Part shown: one piece after another, positions 10,685-20,545 of the stretch
Position numbering within the stretch: the first letter of the stretch is position 1
Layout of the letters: each line of letters starts with the position of its first letter
Origin: a virus
Reading direction: 5' to 3' (one strand)
Length of the DNA stretch: 64,000 nt
Virus record (IMG/VR): IMGVR_UViG_3300027917_000033
Span: 23,843-87,842 of that record
The notes under the pieces: generated by a model
The model's database searches: none
What the model was told of the DNA's origin: nothing
The model's input: the letters and a program-made list of their open reading frames with translations, nothing else
Position numbers and translations under genes: made by a program

Positions 10685-11198
10685 CCTTCATTTCCCCGGA
10701 TGCGATTGGATCTTCAAACCAATCAATGTCATCGCCTTCAATCTTTGGTTCGATTGTCTTTGGTTCTGGCTCTGGTGGCTCTGGTGGCTCTACAATTTCT
10801 GGCACTTCCTTTGCCTCTTCCAGTTTTTGCTTTTGCGGCACATCGAGATATGCGTTTTCTATTTCCTTCTTCAACCCTTCTGCTCGCTTCAACTGTTCAA
10901 CAGCACTAAGTTTAATCATTTCAATTTCTTTTTCACCAGCCCTGCAATTCGTACATATTACCCTTTCTTTGTCCTCTTCCTTGATTATGTCCTTGACGGT
11001 AAATTGAATCATTTGGGCGCATTTTGGACACACTGTAATGTACACTGTTGGCAATATCAAATTGCCATCTTTATCGCGTCCTTGACCAGTATAATCCTTC
11101 CCATCCCATTGGGTCGGCCTAGCGTCAACAAATTCATCGCCTATACAAATGTTGCGCAGCTCAAAGGCTGGAATCGAATTTTCTCCTTTCACGACCAT
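10677..11198 (-). CDS. zinc-ribbon hypothetical protein
   Basis: CPKC...CTNC; Pro/Glu-rich tail. Confidence 0.6.
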   Translation of the reverse strand: MVVKGENSIPAFELRNICIGDEFVDARPTQWDGKDYTGQGRDKDGNLILPTVYITVCPKCAQMIQFTVKDIIKEEDKERVICTNCRAGEKEIEMIKLSAVEQLKRAEGLKKEIENAYLDVPQKQKLEEAKEVPEIVEPPEPPEPEPKTIEPKIEGDDIDWFEDPIASGEMKVE

Positions 11199-11632
11199 CC
11201 CCCTTTCTTATCGCGGTTTTGTCTAGATTCAAGAAGGTGCTTCTTCCATTTTTCGCCACATTCGAAACACATATTGAAGTCCATATGCTTGGGAATTACT
11301 TCAGATGGTCCCTCTTCTTTTTTGTTTTTATCTACTACCACCTTGGTTACAATTAATTGGTAGTACGTGAAAGACGCTCCCTTGCTGTACTTCGGGCACG
11401 AATCACATTTTATCTGTAAAGGGGTGATAGGGCCAAGGTTTTCAATACACTTATTCTTGATGTTAGCAAAGCATGATTCACATATATCACATGAATCAAT
11501 CATTTTGGGCGGCGATGAAAACCCACCGTTAACTGAAATTTCTACTCTGTCGAACGAATAATACGTGAAATCATTTCTATATGCCGACGTACAGATATCA
11601 CACTCTATACCATCCTTTGATTTAAGAAGCAT
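11189..11632 (-). CDS. Cys-rich hypothetical protein (duplicated CxxC module)
   Basis: IECDIC..FTYY..DICESC and IKCDSC..FTYY..NMCFEC. Confidence 0.6.
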   Translation of the reverse strand: MLLKSKDGIECDICTSAYRNDFTYYSFDRVEISVNGGFSSPPKMIDSCDICESCFANIKNKCIENLGPITPLQIKCDSCPKYSKGASFTYYQLIVTKVVVDKNKKEEGPSEVIPKHMDFNMCFECGEKWKKHLLESRQNRDKKGGWS

Positions 11633-13985
11633 CTTTCATCTCCAGTGGAAGGATAATCGACCCAGGCCTTATGTTGAAACTAGAGTATTCTTCCTTCCAT
11701 GCAACCCTGATTCGTATTCCGACTCCTTCCTGAAACAAAGATGGGTCATTAATTGACAATTCGCTATTCCAGACCATGATTTTGGCCAGTTCTACACCAT
11801 CAGTCACCATCATTTGCATGAATTCACCACTAGCGCCTCTGCGCATTTCTAAACTTTCTATTACAGCTTCCAGTATTCCATGTGTTTTGGCGTCTGTTAC
11901 AGTGTGGCCTTCGCAATTGTAGGCATCAAGCGGCGAGTTCCAATAATACCCAAGATACTGTTTCTCAAACGCGAGTTTTTCGGTAAACTTGTAATCGTCA
12001 TATAGTTCTTCTATCTTAGTTAATGTTGGGTTTGGTTTTGGTTTCCAATTTTCTATGCTCTTAGGCACCTTTTTTCTGTTTGGGTATTGCACAAGATACT
12101 CAGCTTTTCTACGCTGTCGTTCCTTTATTATATCAGATTCTTGCCATGCAAGTTTTTCGTTGACTTCTTTCTTGATTTCCTTGTGTTCTTGGCCGGAAGT
12201 AGTATATTTGTAAAGGTACCAATGCCACAAAGCTCGCCGGTTTGGGCATATTTCGTTAAATGCGCCTAGCTTTATTAATCTCTCAAAAACTGTTTTATTC
12301 TTACCCGCTTGGACTATGAACTCATCTATTGAATCTGTGCTTCTTTCGCCAGCTATTTTCTGGGCAGCTTTGATACCTATACCTTTTATGCTTTCAAGCC
12401 CAGGCGTAACCATGTCTCCGTCAACAGAGAAAGTCGGCCCAAGCTTGCGAAAATTAATAGCACCAAACTTAACACCTTCGGCTCTGGCTATACCCATATA
12501 TCTAACTAATTTGTCGTGTTTACAATTAGACATCACCGCAGCCCACCATTCTGCTGGGTAATGTGATTTGAGCCACAAACACCTGTACGAAATAATTACG
12601 TAGGCTATCGCATGGCTAAGGTTGAAACAATACCTAGCAAATGATTCGATTTTGCTCCACCATTCAATTGCCTTTGCGCCCCCTATTGTCTTGGTTGCGC
12701 CATCTATTACTTTGTCTTTAACCTTGGCAAGCTTGTCGGCCCACTTTTTGGCAACGGCTTTGCGTGCTGCTTCAGCTTCTGGGATTGAGAATCCACATAT
12801 GTCGGTGAAGAATCTACTTAATTGTTCTTGGAACACTATAATATTGTATGTGTCTTTTAATATCGCTGTAATCCTTGGGTCCTCGTCGTCCTTCCATGAT
12901 TGGCTGCTTGAATCTCTGCGTTTGATATATTCATCAACTAGAGGCAATGGCCCTGGTCTGCCAAGAGACGTATAAATCACCAGATCATTAAAGTTTTTAA
13001 CACCGCCCTTTTGCAGAATGCTCTTGGCGAGGTCTGTCTCAAACTGAAAAATTGTTTCTACTCGTTTCTGGTCAGCCATTTTGATGGCCAGTGGATCACT
13101 AAACCTTATCGGTTCTCGTTTCCCATCGGCAAATACTTCCCATCCAGCTCGATCTTCTTCCGGGTCCATATTATCCCAATCTATGACCACCCCCCTATTG
13201 CCTTCAATTAATTTCTTGCAGTTCCAAATGTGTAACAAATTGGTTAGGCCAAGTATATCGAATTTGACGAATCCAAATTTTGATAGCTGCGTGCTCCTGC
13301 CTTCTGTCCATGAAGAGGTCCATTGGCCGCCGCTTATTGTCAATGGAATATGGTCTTTGACAGGAACACTAGAGATAATCAGCCCACCAGCATGCCTACC
13401 CTGCGTTTTGATAAGTTTCACAAGTTTGTACGCCAGTGAGACTACGTTCTGGTTTCTGTCGGCATAATCTTTAAATGCCGGATAAGCATCCGCTGCCTCA
13501 TCATAATCCATGTCATCAAACTCATCCGGGAGTGTCTTTGTAAGCTTTTGTATTTCGTCTATGTCTATCCCAAGAGTCCTGCATGTGTCGATTAATGCTA
13601 ACTTTGGCTTGTACGTCTGCCATAAGCCGACACTGCACACCTTATCGACTCCGTATGTATCGGCAGCATACTTCTTAATGTGGTCTCTAGCGATTGGGAG
13701 GAAATCAGAATCAATATCTGGATAATCAGGATGATATTGAATGTTTGGTTTTATGCCAGCTTCTACCGGATCGATATCGGTCAGGCCAAGTAGATGCAGC
13801 AAAACAAGACCGTTTGGATTGTCGTCGAGTTTCTCATTCTTTTCATATAATTCAACCCAGTAATCGGCCATTCCTTGCAATTCTATCTGTTCAAACTCGT
13901 ATGATAGGCGTTTAGAATATGGCTTTGTGTCCGGTTTCTTAGTTAATGCAACGAGTGCAATCTTTTTGAGCTCATTCCAAGTCAT
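11622..13985 (-). CDS. dnaE: DNA polymerase III alpha, catalytic/C-terminal part
   Basis: PDIDSDF, GRHAGG, KFDILGL, IFQFE, RPGPL, VFQEQ, YCFNLSHAIAY, WLKSHYP, IKGIG. Confidence 0.9.
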   Translation of the reverse strand: MTWNELKKIALVALTKKPDTKPYSKRLSYEFEQIELQGMADYWVELYEKNEKLDDNPNGLVLLHLLGLTDIDPVEAGIKPNIQYHPDYPDIDSDFLPIARDHIKKYAADTYGVDKVCSVGLWQTYKPKLALIDTCRTLGIDIDEIQKLTKTLPDEFDDMDYDEAADAYPAFKDYADRNQNVVSLAYKLVKLIKTQGRHAGGLIISSVPVKDHIPLTISGGQWTSSWTEGRSTQLSKFGFVKFDILGLTNLLHIWNCKKLIEGNRGVVIDWDNMDPEEDRAGWEVFADGKREPIRFSDPLAIKMADQKRVETIFQFETDLAKSILQKGGVKNFNDLVIYTSLGRPGPLPLVDEYIKRRDSSSQSWKDDEDPRITAILKDTYNIIVFQEQLSRFFTDICGFSIPEAEAARKAVAKKWADKLAKVKDKVIDGATKTIGGAKAIEWWSKIESFARYCFNLSHAIAYVIISYRCLWLKSHYPAEWWAAVMSNCKHDKLVRYMGIARAEGVKFGAINFRKLGPTFSVDGDMVTPGLESIKGIGIKAAQKIAGERSTDSIDEFIVQAGKNKTVFERLIKLGAFNEICPNRRALWHWYLYKYTTSGQEHKEIKKEVNEKLAWQESDIIKERQRRKAEYLVQYPNRKKVPKSIENWKPKPNPTLTKIEELYDDYKFTEKLAFEKQYLGYYWNSPLDAYNCEGHTVTDAKTHGILEAVIESLEMRRGASGEFMQMMVTDGVELAKIMVWNSELSINDPSLFQEGVGIRIRVAWKEEYSSFNIRPGSIILPLEMKDAS

Positions 13986-14356
13986 TCTTCCCTACATAAT
14001 TGTCTAGCCTCGTCGCTTTTATCAAATACCACCTGTATATCTTTATCAATAATCAGATCTCTTATTTCTTCAACTAGCTCTCTGTTGGATTTCGGCGTAA
14101 GGTCCCATGTAATTTCCTTTCCGTCTGTTTTATATTTCGTCATATTTGCTACATATTGGTTCGGCGTAGTTACTGTGACGTTCTCAATCTTGACACCCAT
14201 TGCGGCAAATTTCATAGCTAATAGTTCAACACTATTAACTGTTGCGTTATCTCCGCCATCATACACAAATGTCTTCTTTTTGTCCTTGTCTTTAACGATC
14301 ACACAGAACTTAGTACCGTATTTGCCACTGACGATACCAGCCGTTTCAATCTTCAT
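13982..14356 (-). CDS. RNase H-fold-like protein (degenerate)
   Basis: ATVNSVELLA, TPNQYV, SNRELVEEI resemble RNase HI elements; catalytic Asp residues not evident. Confidence 0.45.
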   Translation of the reverse strand: MKIETAGIVSGKYGTKFCVIVKDKDKKKTFVYDGGDNATVNSVELLAMKFAAMGVKIENVTVTTPNQYVANMTKYKTDGKEITWDLTPKSNRELVEEIRDLIIDKDIQVVFDKSDEARQLCREE

Positions 14357-14769
14357 GAAAGCATCTCCAAGTGTGGTATCCCAACAGACTTTGCTAATCT
14401 TTTGGCCGTTTTTAATGATGATTTGTGCCAGTCCAGAATGGCATCAACGTCGCCTTTGTCTACATCTGGCATAGTTTTCCCAATTGTCGATATTTCTTCG
14501 GGCCTAAGATTCAATATTTCGCAGAATCCAAACACTAGTGCGCGTAACGTGTGTATGATCATGGCACCAACGTCTTCGACAATTCTTGACTCGTCTCCAT
14601 TTTCATATGCTGCTGCAATCAATGATTCAACAACATCCGGCCATTTAAACATTGAATGTACAGCTATGAATTGGGTTCTACCAGCGCCTACAATCGATAT
14701 ATAGGCTGCTTCTAATTGCTTGGTTTTATTGATTAACTCTTTTAACTGATTTAATTTCGTTGGCGTCAT
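14353..14769 (-). CDS. hypothetical protein
   Basis: ORF between the dnaE halves. Confidence 0.6.
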   Translation of the reverse strand: MTPTKLNQLKELINKTKQLEAAYISIVGAGRTQFIAVHSMFKWPDVVESLIAAAYENGDESRIVEDVGAMIIHTLRALVFGFCEILNLRPEEISTIGKTMPDVDKGDVDAILDWHKSSLKTAKRLAKSVGIPHLEMLS

Positions 14770-15103
14770 ATATGTCTAACTTTAATTCTCCTTCGGCTAT
14801 TCTTATGCCCGATTCAGTACCTTGTATCAGTAGGTGATTGTAAGGTAAGATATTCAAAGCTATTCTCTTATTCGATGGTATCCGCCACACCCTACCTATT
14901 TTGTTATCATAAATATTTACAATTGTGGATATCATTTCCTTTAGTTTCGATATGTTGTCCAACCTGGCAAAAAACCTCAATTCGTTTGTGAAGTTTTTGT
15001 GCGTTGTATTCAAATAGCAATCATCACTGTTTCCAGTCGGATCTATCATTATACTAATAGCGCAGAACCCTCTCGACCTTAGTAACTCTATTGCATCGAT
15101 CAT
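14726..15103 (-). CDS. hypothetical protein
   Basis: ORF between the dnaE halves. Confidence 0.6.
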   Translation of the reverse strand: MIDAIELLRSRGFCAISIMIDPTGNSDDCYLNTTHKNFTNELRFFARLDNISKLKEMISTIVNIYDNKIGRVWRIPSNKRIALNILPYNHLLIQGTESGIRIAEGELKLDIYDANEIKSVKRVNQ

Positions 15104-16491
15104 TCTGCTTTTACATTCAACAGATAACCACCCCTGCTTGGTGACAAAAACCTATTAAACGACAGCTTCCATTTTAGTGGATTGAGGCTATGAATTCCTA
15201 GCAGATAACATAGCAGTGAGCCGCCCGCTGATCCTCGCGCTGGGCCAACGTCCCATCCATTATCTCTTGAATATTGTACTAAATCCATCATTATCAGGAA
15301 GTATGATGCAAAACCTTTTGATATTATTCTCTTAAGCTCCTTTTCTACCTGTTGTTTGTGAGTTACCATTTCGCCGTCCATATGGTATTTAGTCTCGTCG
15401 TTGAATAAATTGTGCTTTTTTAGTCTGTCAAATGCAAGCAATGTCAGTTTTCTGTCGGCATCTGGTATAGACGGCAATTTTGGCGATAGGTCCGGATCGA
15501 ATCCGTCGCACTTATCTGCTGCGATAATTGTATTGTCACATATCTCTTCGAATTTGTCGATTGTTACACCATTGCTGTAGCCTTCATCATAAAATGTGGT
15601 CCTTAAGTCCGCTCTCGTCTTAAAGAACTGTTCATCCGAATTGACTATAAATAATTCCGGGTTATCCATCGTGGTGTTCTGGTCTATTGCCATCATGCAT
15701 TTTTGAACTTCGAAGTCCTCTCTCTTGATGTAGTGACTATCGTTGGTCAACACACCCTTTATCCTGAATTTATCAGACCAGCCAGCACACATCGCGAACG
15801 CCTCTATAGATCCTTCTAGGTCTTTGCCTGGCATTTGCATTTCAATGTACAAGTCATCTCCGAATATTTCATACATTTTGTGCAACCAATCTTTGGCGAT
15901 GTCCAAATACCTCTTGGCCGCCGATCTGTTTTTTTCTTTCATGGCCAAGTATGCTAACCTGATTTCGTGGCATAGCGGGCCGTTTAGGCAGCCAGTTAAT
16001 ACAAGCAAGCCTTCCCTATGCTTGTCCAGTCTATCGAGCCAAACCCTTGGTTTGTAATAGAATCCTATATCCCACGCAGTTGATGTCATATGAATTAGGT
16101 TACGATACCCAACTTTGTTTTTGGCCAGTACTGTCAAATGTCTTTGCCTCCTCAAGCGTTCATATCTCTCAGGGTCAACCAGCTTCAAGGAGGCCCATTT
16201 TTGTCCACTAGCCTGGAATTCTTTTAATTCATTGTGATAATCATTGTAGTACACTTCGCAACCTGCGATGAATTTCACCTTATGCTTTTTGGCGGCAAAA
16301 TATGCGTCTGGAAATGATGCTAGACTACCATGGTCTGTGATTGCTACGGCTGGCATTCCAAGTTCAACGCATCTTTCCATATAATCGTTTGGTGATGCTA
16401 TTCCGTCCAATGGTGAAAATATTGAATGGGTGTGTAGATGGACGAAATTAGTTGGACCTGGATATTTATCTGCCATCTGGCTCGACGTCAC
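15100..16491 (-). CDS. dnaE: DNA polymerase III alpha, N-terminal PHP part
   Basis: FVHLHTHS.FS.LDG, AITDHG, GCEVY, YYKPR, TNDSHY, GPARGSAGGSL, FNRFL. Confidence 0.9.
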   Translation of the reverse strand: MTSSQMADKYPGPTNFVHLHTHSIFSPLDGIASPNDYMERCVELGMPAVAITDHGSLASFPDAYFAAKKHKVKFIAGCEVYYNDYHNELKEFQASGQKWASLKLVDPERYERLRRQRHLTVLAKNKVGYRNLIHMTSTAWDIGFYYKPRVWLDRLDKHREGLLVLTGCLNGPLCHEIRLAYLAMKEKNRSAAKRYLDIAKDWLHKMYEIFGDDLYIEMQMPGKDLEGSIEAFAMCAGWSDKFRIKGVLTNDSHYIKREDFEVQKCMMAIDQNTTMDNPELFIVNSDEQFFKTRADLRTTFYDEGYSNGVTIDKFEEICDNTIIAADKCDGFDPDLSPKLPSIPDADRKLTLLAFDRLKKHNLFNDETKYHMDGEMVTHKQQVEKELKRIISKGFASYFLIMMDLVQYSRDNGWDVGPARGSAGGSLLCYLLGIHSLNPLKWKLSFNRFLSPSRGGYLLNVKAE

Positions 16492-16768
16492 TGACTCTTC
16501 TTAGTCTTTTCCTAGCGGCTAGCAATTTATTTTTTATCTCGTGGAGCAAGTCGTAACGCCCATCAGAATCGTCACTTTCACACAATTCAATGACTTCGCC
16601 AATCATTTCAATTGCATTCTGGACGAGGACGACAACTGCCTGTTTCTTTTTGAACACCTCAGCAGTCTTTAATTTTGGATCGCCAATTATTTTTAGGAAT
16701 ATCTGGCGTTTTGCAAATTTTGCTTCAGTAGCAAGCTCTTCCATGTCCATATTCACCACATCCTCCAT
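16466..16768 (-). CDS. hypothetical protein
   Basis: ORF. Confidence 0.55.
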   Translation of the reverse strand: MEDVVNMDMEELATEAKFAKRQIFLKIIGDPKLKTAEVFKKKQAVVVLVQNAIEMIGEVIELCESDDSDGRYDLLHEIKNKLLAARKRLRRVSDVEPDGR

Positions 16769-16795
16769 TCACCACATATTAAATACTATATATAC

Positions 16796-16830
16796 GCAAC
16801 GAGGCGGAGTCGTCATCTCCGCCTCGTTGC
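16796..16830 (-). terminator. hairpin/terminator
   Basis: GCAACGAGGCGGAG...CTCCGCCTCGTTGC inverted repeat. Confidence 0.6.
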
Positions 16831-16858
16831 AGAAGGAGCTGCCCGAGTGGACTAAAGG

Positions 16859-17116
16859 CTATTCATAGGCGAATTCAGTCGCCAAATCATACAAATCCTC
16901 ATCACTTTGGTCGATTAATGTTGGGATTAAATAATTCCACCATCTTACTAATATAGAACATTCGCTTCCATTTAAAATGATTGGGCGTCCCGATCTTAAT
17001 TTCCTCGCAATTGTTTTATCGGCTTCTATCGTATCCCCTACGAACTGATACCACGTGATGGCTGTCATCACGAGGTTTGGTGGCAATACCACCAATCTTT
17101 TCGTAGTCTCTGCCAT
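16859..17116 (-). CDS. hypothetical protein
   Basis: ORF with GGAG RBS. Confidence 0.55.
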   Translation of the reverse strand: MAETTKRLVVLPPNLVMTAITWYQFVGDTIEADKTIARKLRSGRPIILNGSECSILVRWWNYLIPTLIDQSDEDLYDLATEFAYE

Positions 17117-17179
17117 GTTAAATCTCCGTTTACGCCTATTTACTAAAATACATCTGTAACCACAAGTATATAAGCGAAA

Positions 17180-18934
17180 TTAAGCCGCGACATATGACTC
17201 CACGAATCTAACCGAGCAGGTCCAATCCCATGTCTCTGAATTGTTTCCAGTTATCCTAACCCTTATGCTATCGCCACTAGTATCAAGTGCGGCTTGTAAC
17301 GTAGAGCCAGTTCCAGCCGATTGATTATTTCCAAGCGGCCCGCCAGCAGGAACCAAGACAGCACCGTCAAGAGCTGCATCCAAATACGCCAGTTGATCAT
17401 CATGCCCAAAAGACGCAGCGTCATCTGATGTTCTCTTTTTGGCTGCAATTAGGATCAATAGTGAATATGCCTTCCACGGTTCAAGAGGCATATCCAATAT
17501 TGTCTGTGTTGTATTGGTGGTAGTTTGCAAGTACTTTATGATTTCGCAACTTTGCGAATGGCCAAGACCAGAAGTCCTGTTCGAGCCGAAAGCTTTCTGG
17601 TCAGCTCTGTAAGCATCGGCGTAATATCCCTGGGCGAAGCCACGTGCGGCATATGAACGGCAGTTTTCGCCTTGGCAGAACGACCATTCTGCGTTGTTAA
17701 CTACTGTATTGCTGGAGCCCTGCAGAAATGAGTTGTTCTCATCGGCAGTATTACCATATCCCTGCAACAAATTATAGTCGTTGTTACTCGCTTGTACTGT
17801 ATTAGTATCGCCTTGTATGAAATTGAAATTGTTTCCAGCGCCAGAACAAGTATTATCTGTCCCTTGCATGAAGTTGCCAGAATTGCCAGTGCCAGTGATG
17901 TTGTTACTTAAGCCCTGCAGGAAACAATAGTCGGCCCCGGCAATGCCATTACTCTTACCTTGTATGAAATTGTAATTGTAATACCCATACTCACCGAACA
18001 CACCACCAGTGTAATTGCCATACCCTTGTGTCATACACCCATAACTTTTTCTAGATACAGCATTGCCCTCGCCCTGTGCAAAACTATTCTTGCCACGACC
18101 TGCACCATATGGTCCAACAGCGGCGGCTATGTTGTTTGTGTCACCTTGTGCGAAAGAAGACGCAGAATTGCCGTAGATGGTATTGTTATAACCCTGTGCC
18201 ATACTATTCGGCGATGATGCGTATATTATGTTCGTGTCGCCCTGTGCAAAGCAGTTGTCTGAATATACATCGTTGTCGCTGCCGATTGCAGAGCTATTCG
18301 ATACTGCTGTCGGATAAGCTCCAACTGTATTGCCAGTGCCTTGGGCTATGCCTTGAGAAGCATATACAGAAATCGAGGAGCCCTGCACAAGCATGTCATA
18401 GGTATTAGCACCATAATATCCGACTACCAGGGTTGCGCCTTGAGCGAACGCACGCTGCGTGTAGTTGACGACGACGTTGCCTTGTACCATGGCTATCTGA
18501 CCGTAGCTAAGAGCGCCTTTACCTTGCGCAAACACGTAAGCCGCACCAACTGACCCGGCCCCATAGCCCTGTCCCATCACACAATTTGAATTAGCTATAA
18601 TACCACGCCCCTGCGCTAACGAATAGTTGCCGTTTGCAGACGATGACCAACCTTGGGCAAACGAGCCAACGCCGCTCGCGGATGCAGAGTTGCCTTGCGC
18701 GAACGAATGGTTACCACCGGCAGCCGAAGAGTTTCCCTGAGCAAGCGCGTTGTCACCAGCTGCCGTGGGGGCCACTGCACCCTTACCAATGCCAGCATTC
18801 GTGCCAGCGCCATCAGTGAAGAAGCCTGTGCCATCTGGTGCTGGGATTTCGATAGCACCAATCATCTCCGTGATCATTTCCCATTCACGCTGCATCCCAG
18901 CCCATTTGTCAGGGAATGTGTCTAATACGCTCAT
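17180..18934 (-). CDS. fibre/adhesin-like virion protein with YadA-head-like (S/C)FAQG repeats
   Basis: Many ~14-aa xxAQGxxN repeats (beta-roll), followed by a C-terminal beta domain. Confidence 0.7.
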   Translation of the reverse strand: MSVLDTFPDKWAGMQREWEMITEMIGAIEIPAPDGTGFFTDGAGTNAGIGKGAVAPTAAGDNALAQGNSSAAGGNHSFAQGNSASASGVGSFAQGWSSSANGNYSLAQGRGIIANSNCVMGQGYGAGSVGAAYVFAQGKGALSYGQIAMVQGNVVVNYTQRAFAQGATLVVGYYGANTYDMLVQGSSISVYASQGIAQGTGNTVGAYPTAVSNSSAIGSDNDVYSDNCFAQGDTNIIYASSPNSMAQGYNNTIYGNSASSFAQGDTNNIAAAVGPYGAGRGKNSFAQGEGNAVSRKSYGCMTQGYGNYTGGVFGEYGYYNYNFIQGKSNGIAGADYCFLQGLSNNITGTGNSGNFMQGTDNTCSGAGNNFNFIQGDTNTVQASNNDYNLLQGYGNTADENNSFLQGSSNTVVNNAEWSFCQGENCRSYAARGFAQGYYADAYRADQKAFGSNRTSGLGHSQSCEIIKYLQTTTNTTQTILDMPLEPWKAYSLLILIAAKKRTSDDAASFGHDDQLAYLDAALDGAVLVPAGGPLGNNQSAGTGSTLQAALDTSGDSIRVRITGNNSETWDWTCSVRFVESYVAA

Positions 18935-18960
18935 ATCTCACCTTGTTATCTGGCCTATGT

Positions 18961-18968
18961 TATATTTG
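18961..18968 (-). promoter_or_regulatory. candidate late promoter CAAATATA
   Basis: About 27 nt upstream of the fibre gene start. Confidence 0.45.
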
Positions 18969-18972
18969 AATA

Positions 18973-19776
18973 TTATCTGTATCCGAAGAACTGGTTAAAG
19001 AATGAATGCGATCTCATAATGTGCATTACTACTGTTGGGTTGATTATATTCTTCCATTCGTCCATAGGTGGAGCCTTGACTTCTCCGCATCCCTCGTGCG
19101 GGAATTTATGCAAATAATACGCATCTGGGTCGGTTGAGGTATTTTCTACGTTTTTGAAATCATGTTCGTAGTAGTCTTCTTCCAATATGTCATAAATTTC
19201 GCGCATCATTGCGTCCGGTCGATCTACCAATCTTTCATACCTTACAAAATTAACTGGCAATTTACGATTTATGATATCGTAAATGCCGTTCAGGGGTCCG
19301 CCGACGATCCCCTGATTGCTAAACGCAAATTCTGCCCTTCCCATCATCGTCTTGCGTTCGCTGTTTTGTGCATAATCGAATAGTGGATTTTTACGATGCT
19401 GTTTTTCTATAGACGCGAATACCTCACGTAAATCTCTTATCATAACTAATATTTTGCTGTTTGGGTACACCCGTCTCAGCGGCATAACTAAATGAGTCCA
19501 CCCACGGCTTTTGTCAAATATTACAGCCCTGTCGTCGTTTCTCGCGTGCCAATTATCCGAGAATGCGCGCAAAGAACGTTCGAGGCGATCTTCTGTGCCT
19601 TTACGATCAGCGTCTAGATCACCTTTAACTTCGAAAGCGTTGCTCCACGTGTTTATTATGTTGTTCCATATAAGTGGCAACGCACTGGTGCTAGTCGCCC
19701 AGAATTTTGGGTTTTGGTTCAAGATATTACACAGGAGTGTGCTTCCACTCCTAGGCAGGCCGGTTATGACGTGCAT
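18973..19776 (-). CDS. Sulfotransferase family protein
   Basis: ITGLPRSGSTLL PAPS loop, DKSRGW, IRDLREVFAS, VRYERL. Confidence 0.85.
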   Translation of the reverse strand: MHVITGLPRSGSTLLCNILNQNPKFWATSTSALPLIWNNIINTWSNAFEVKGDLDADRKGTEDRLERSLRAFSDNWHARNDDRAVIFDKSRGWTHLVMPLRRVYPNSKILVMIRDLREVFASIEKQHRKNPLFDYAQNSERKTMMGRAEFAFSNQGIVGGPLNGIYDIINRKLPVNFVRYERLVDRPDAMMREIYDILEEDYYEHDFKNVENTSTDPDAYYLHKFPHEGCGEVKAPPMDEWKNIINPTVVMHIMRSHSFFNQFFGYR

Positions 19777-20063
19777 CAGACGTTAATATCCTCGTCGCCA
19801 GACATTTTGTGGGTATTGACAAAGGCTCTCATGTTATTTATCATTGAGACAGCTTCGTCTTTGTCAGCCCCCAGCAAATCAAGTATTGCAGCTTTGTTGC
19901 CTGGCGCGGCGGCGACGATGCCTTTGATGTTTTTCAATATTTGCCGTTGAATCCTTACCGAACGACCAAGCGCCCTCCTGATGGTGATTGCTGCTTGTTC
20001 GTTTTTCTGTGTGTTTGTTAGAGAGATTTGGCCCCGTGCTTTTGCGTTGTCTGCTAGGCCCAT
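19776..20063 (-). CDS. hypothetical protein (start MGLADNAK)
   Basis: AGGAG RBS before ATG 20063; CAAATATA at 20090-20097. Confidence 0.65.
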   Translation of the reverse strand: MGLADNAKARGQISLTNTQKNEQAAITIRRALGRSVRIQRQILKNIKGIVAAAPGNKAAILDLLGADKDEAVSMINNMRAFVNTHKMSGDEDINV

Positions 20064-20104
20064 CGTGTTGTCTCCTGCATAATTTTTATTATATTTGAAT
20101 AGGC

Positions 20105-20505
20105 TGTTTCCCACCAACCGCATCCCACTAACTAAAGAGTTGGTGGTTAGAAGGGCGACTCTAAAAGTTTGGAAGACCGAAATGAAGGTCGGAAAACCAA
20201 TTTCTTAAAGATGCTACCTTCGCGGCGGTACCTAAACGGGTCTACGATTGTTTCCTTCGCTTTCCCGACCCATTGGAGGCTCAACCGCCGGGTGCCTTCA
20301 CACCCGAAGCCCAGAGGCCATCTCACGATGCTGACTGGTCCCAGTTATGAACAGCGAAATTCACTGGGGAGCACTCGGTCCCAATAGGATTTTACGACAT
20401 CTTTTGATGAAGGCCCGACGTGAACTGGTTGTTTAAAGCCTAACCCGCACAAGCGTCCGTGGGTCAAGCGGGCACCACGGAAGAACGTTTTGAACGGCTT
20501 CAACT
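20105..20505 (-). ncRNA. candidate large structured non-coding RNA
   Basis: GC-richer ~400-nt gap without a convincing ORF, multiple stems, possible pseudoknot, CAAATGTA directly upstream. Confidence 0.55.
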
Positions 20506-20545
20506 TAGATACATTTGACTGACGAACGCGCAAAAATAGCGTAGA

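Noticed and set aside
13900-15200. Split intein in dnaE
   Set aside because: No Cys/Ser-initiated intein N-block after the N-half and no His-Asn/Cys junction in the C-half
20105-20505. RNase P RNA, tmRNA or self-splicing intron
   Set aside because: No GAGGAAAGUCC, no tRNA-like ends, no recognisable group I core or group II domain V; the short ORFs 20169-20387 and 20345-20533 look spurious
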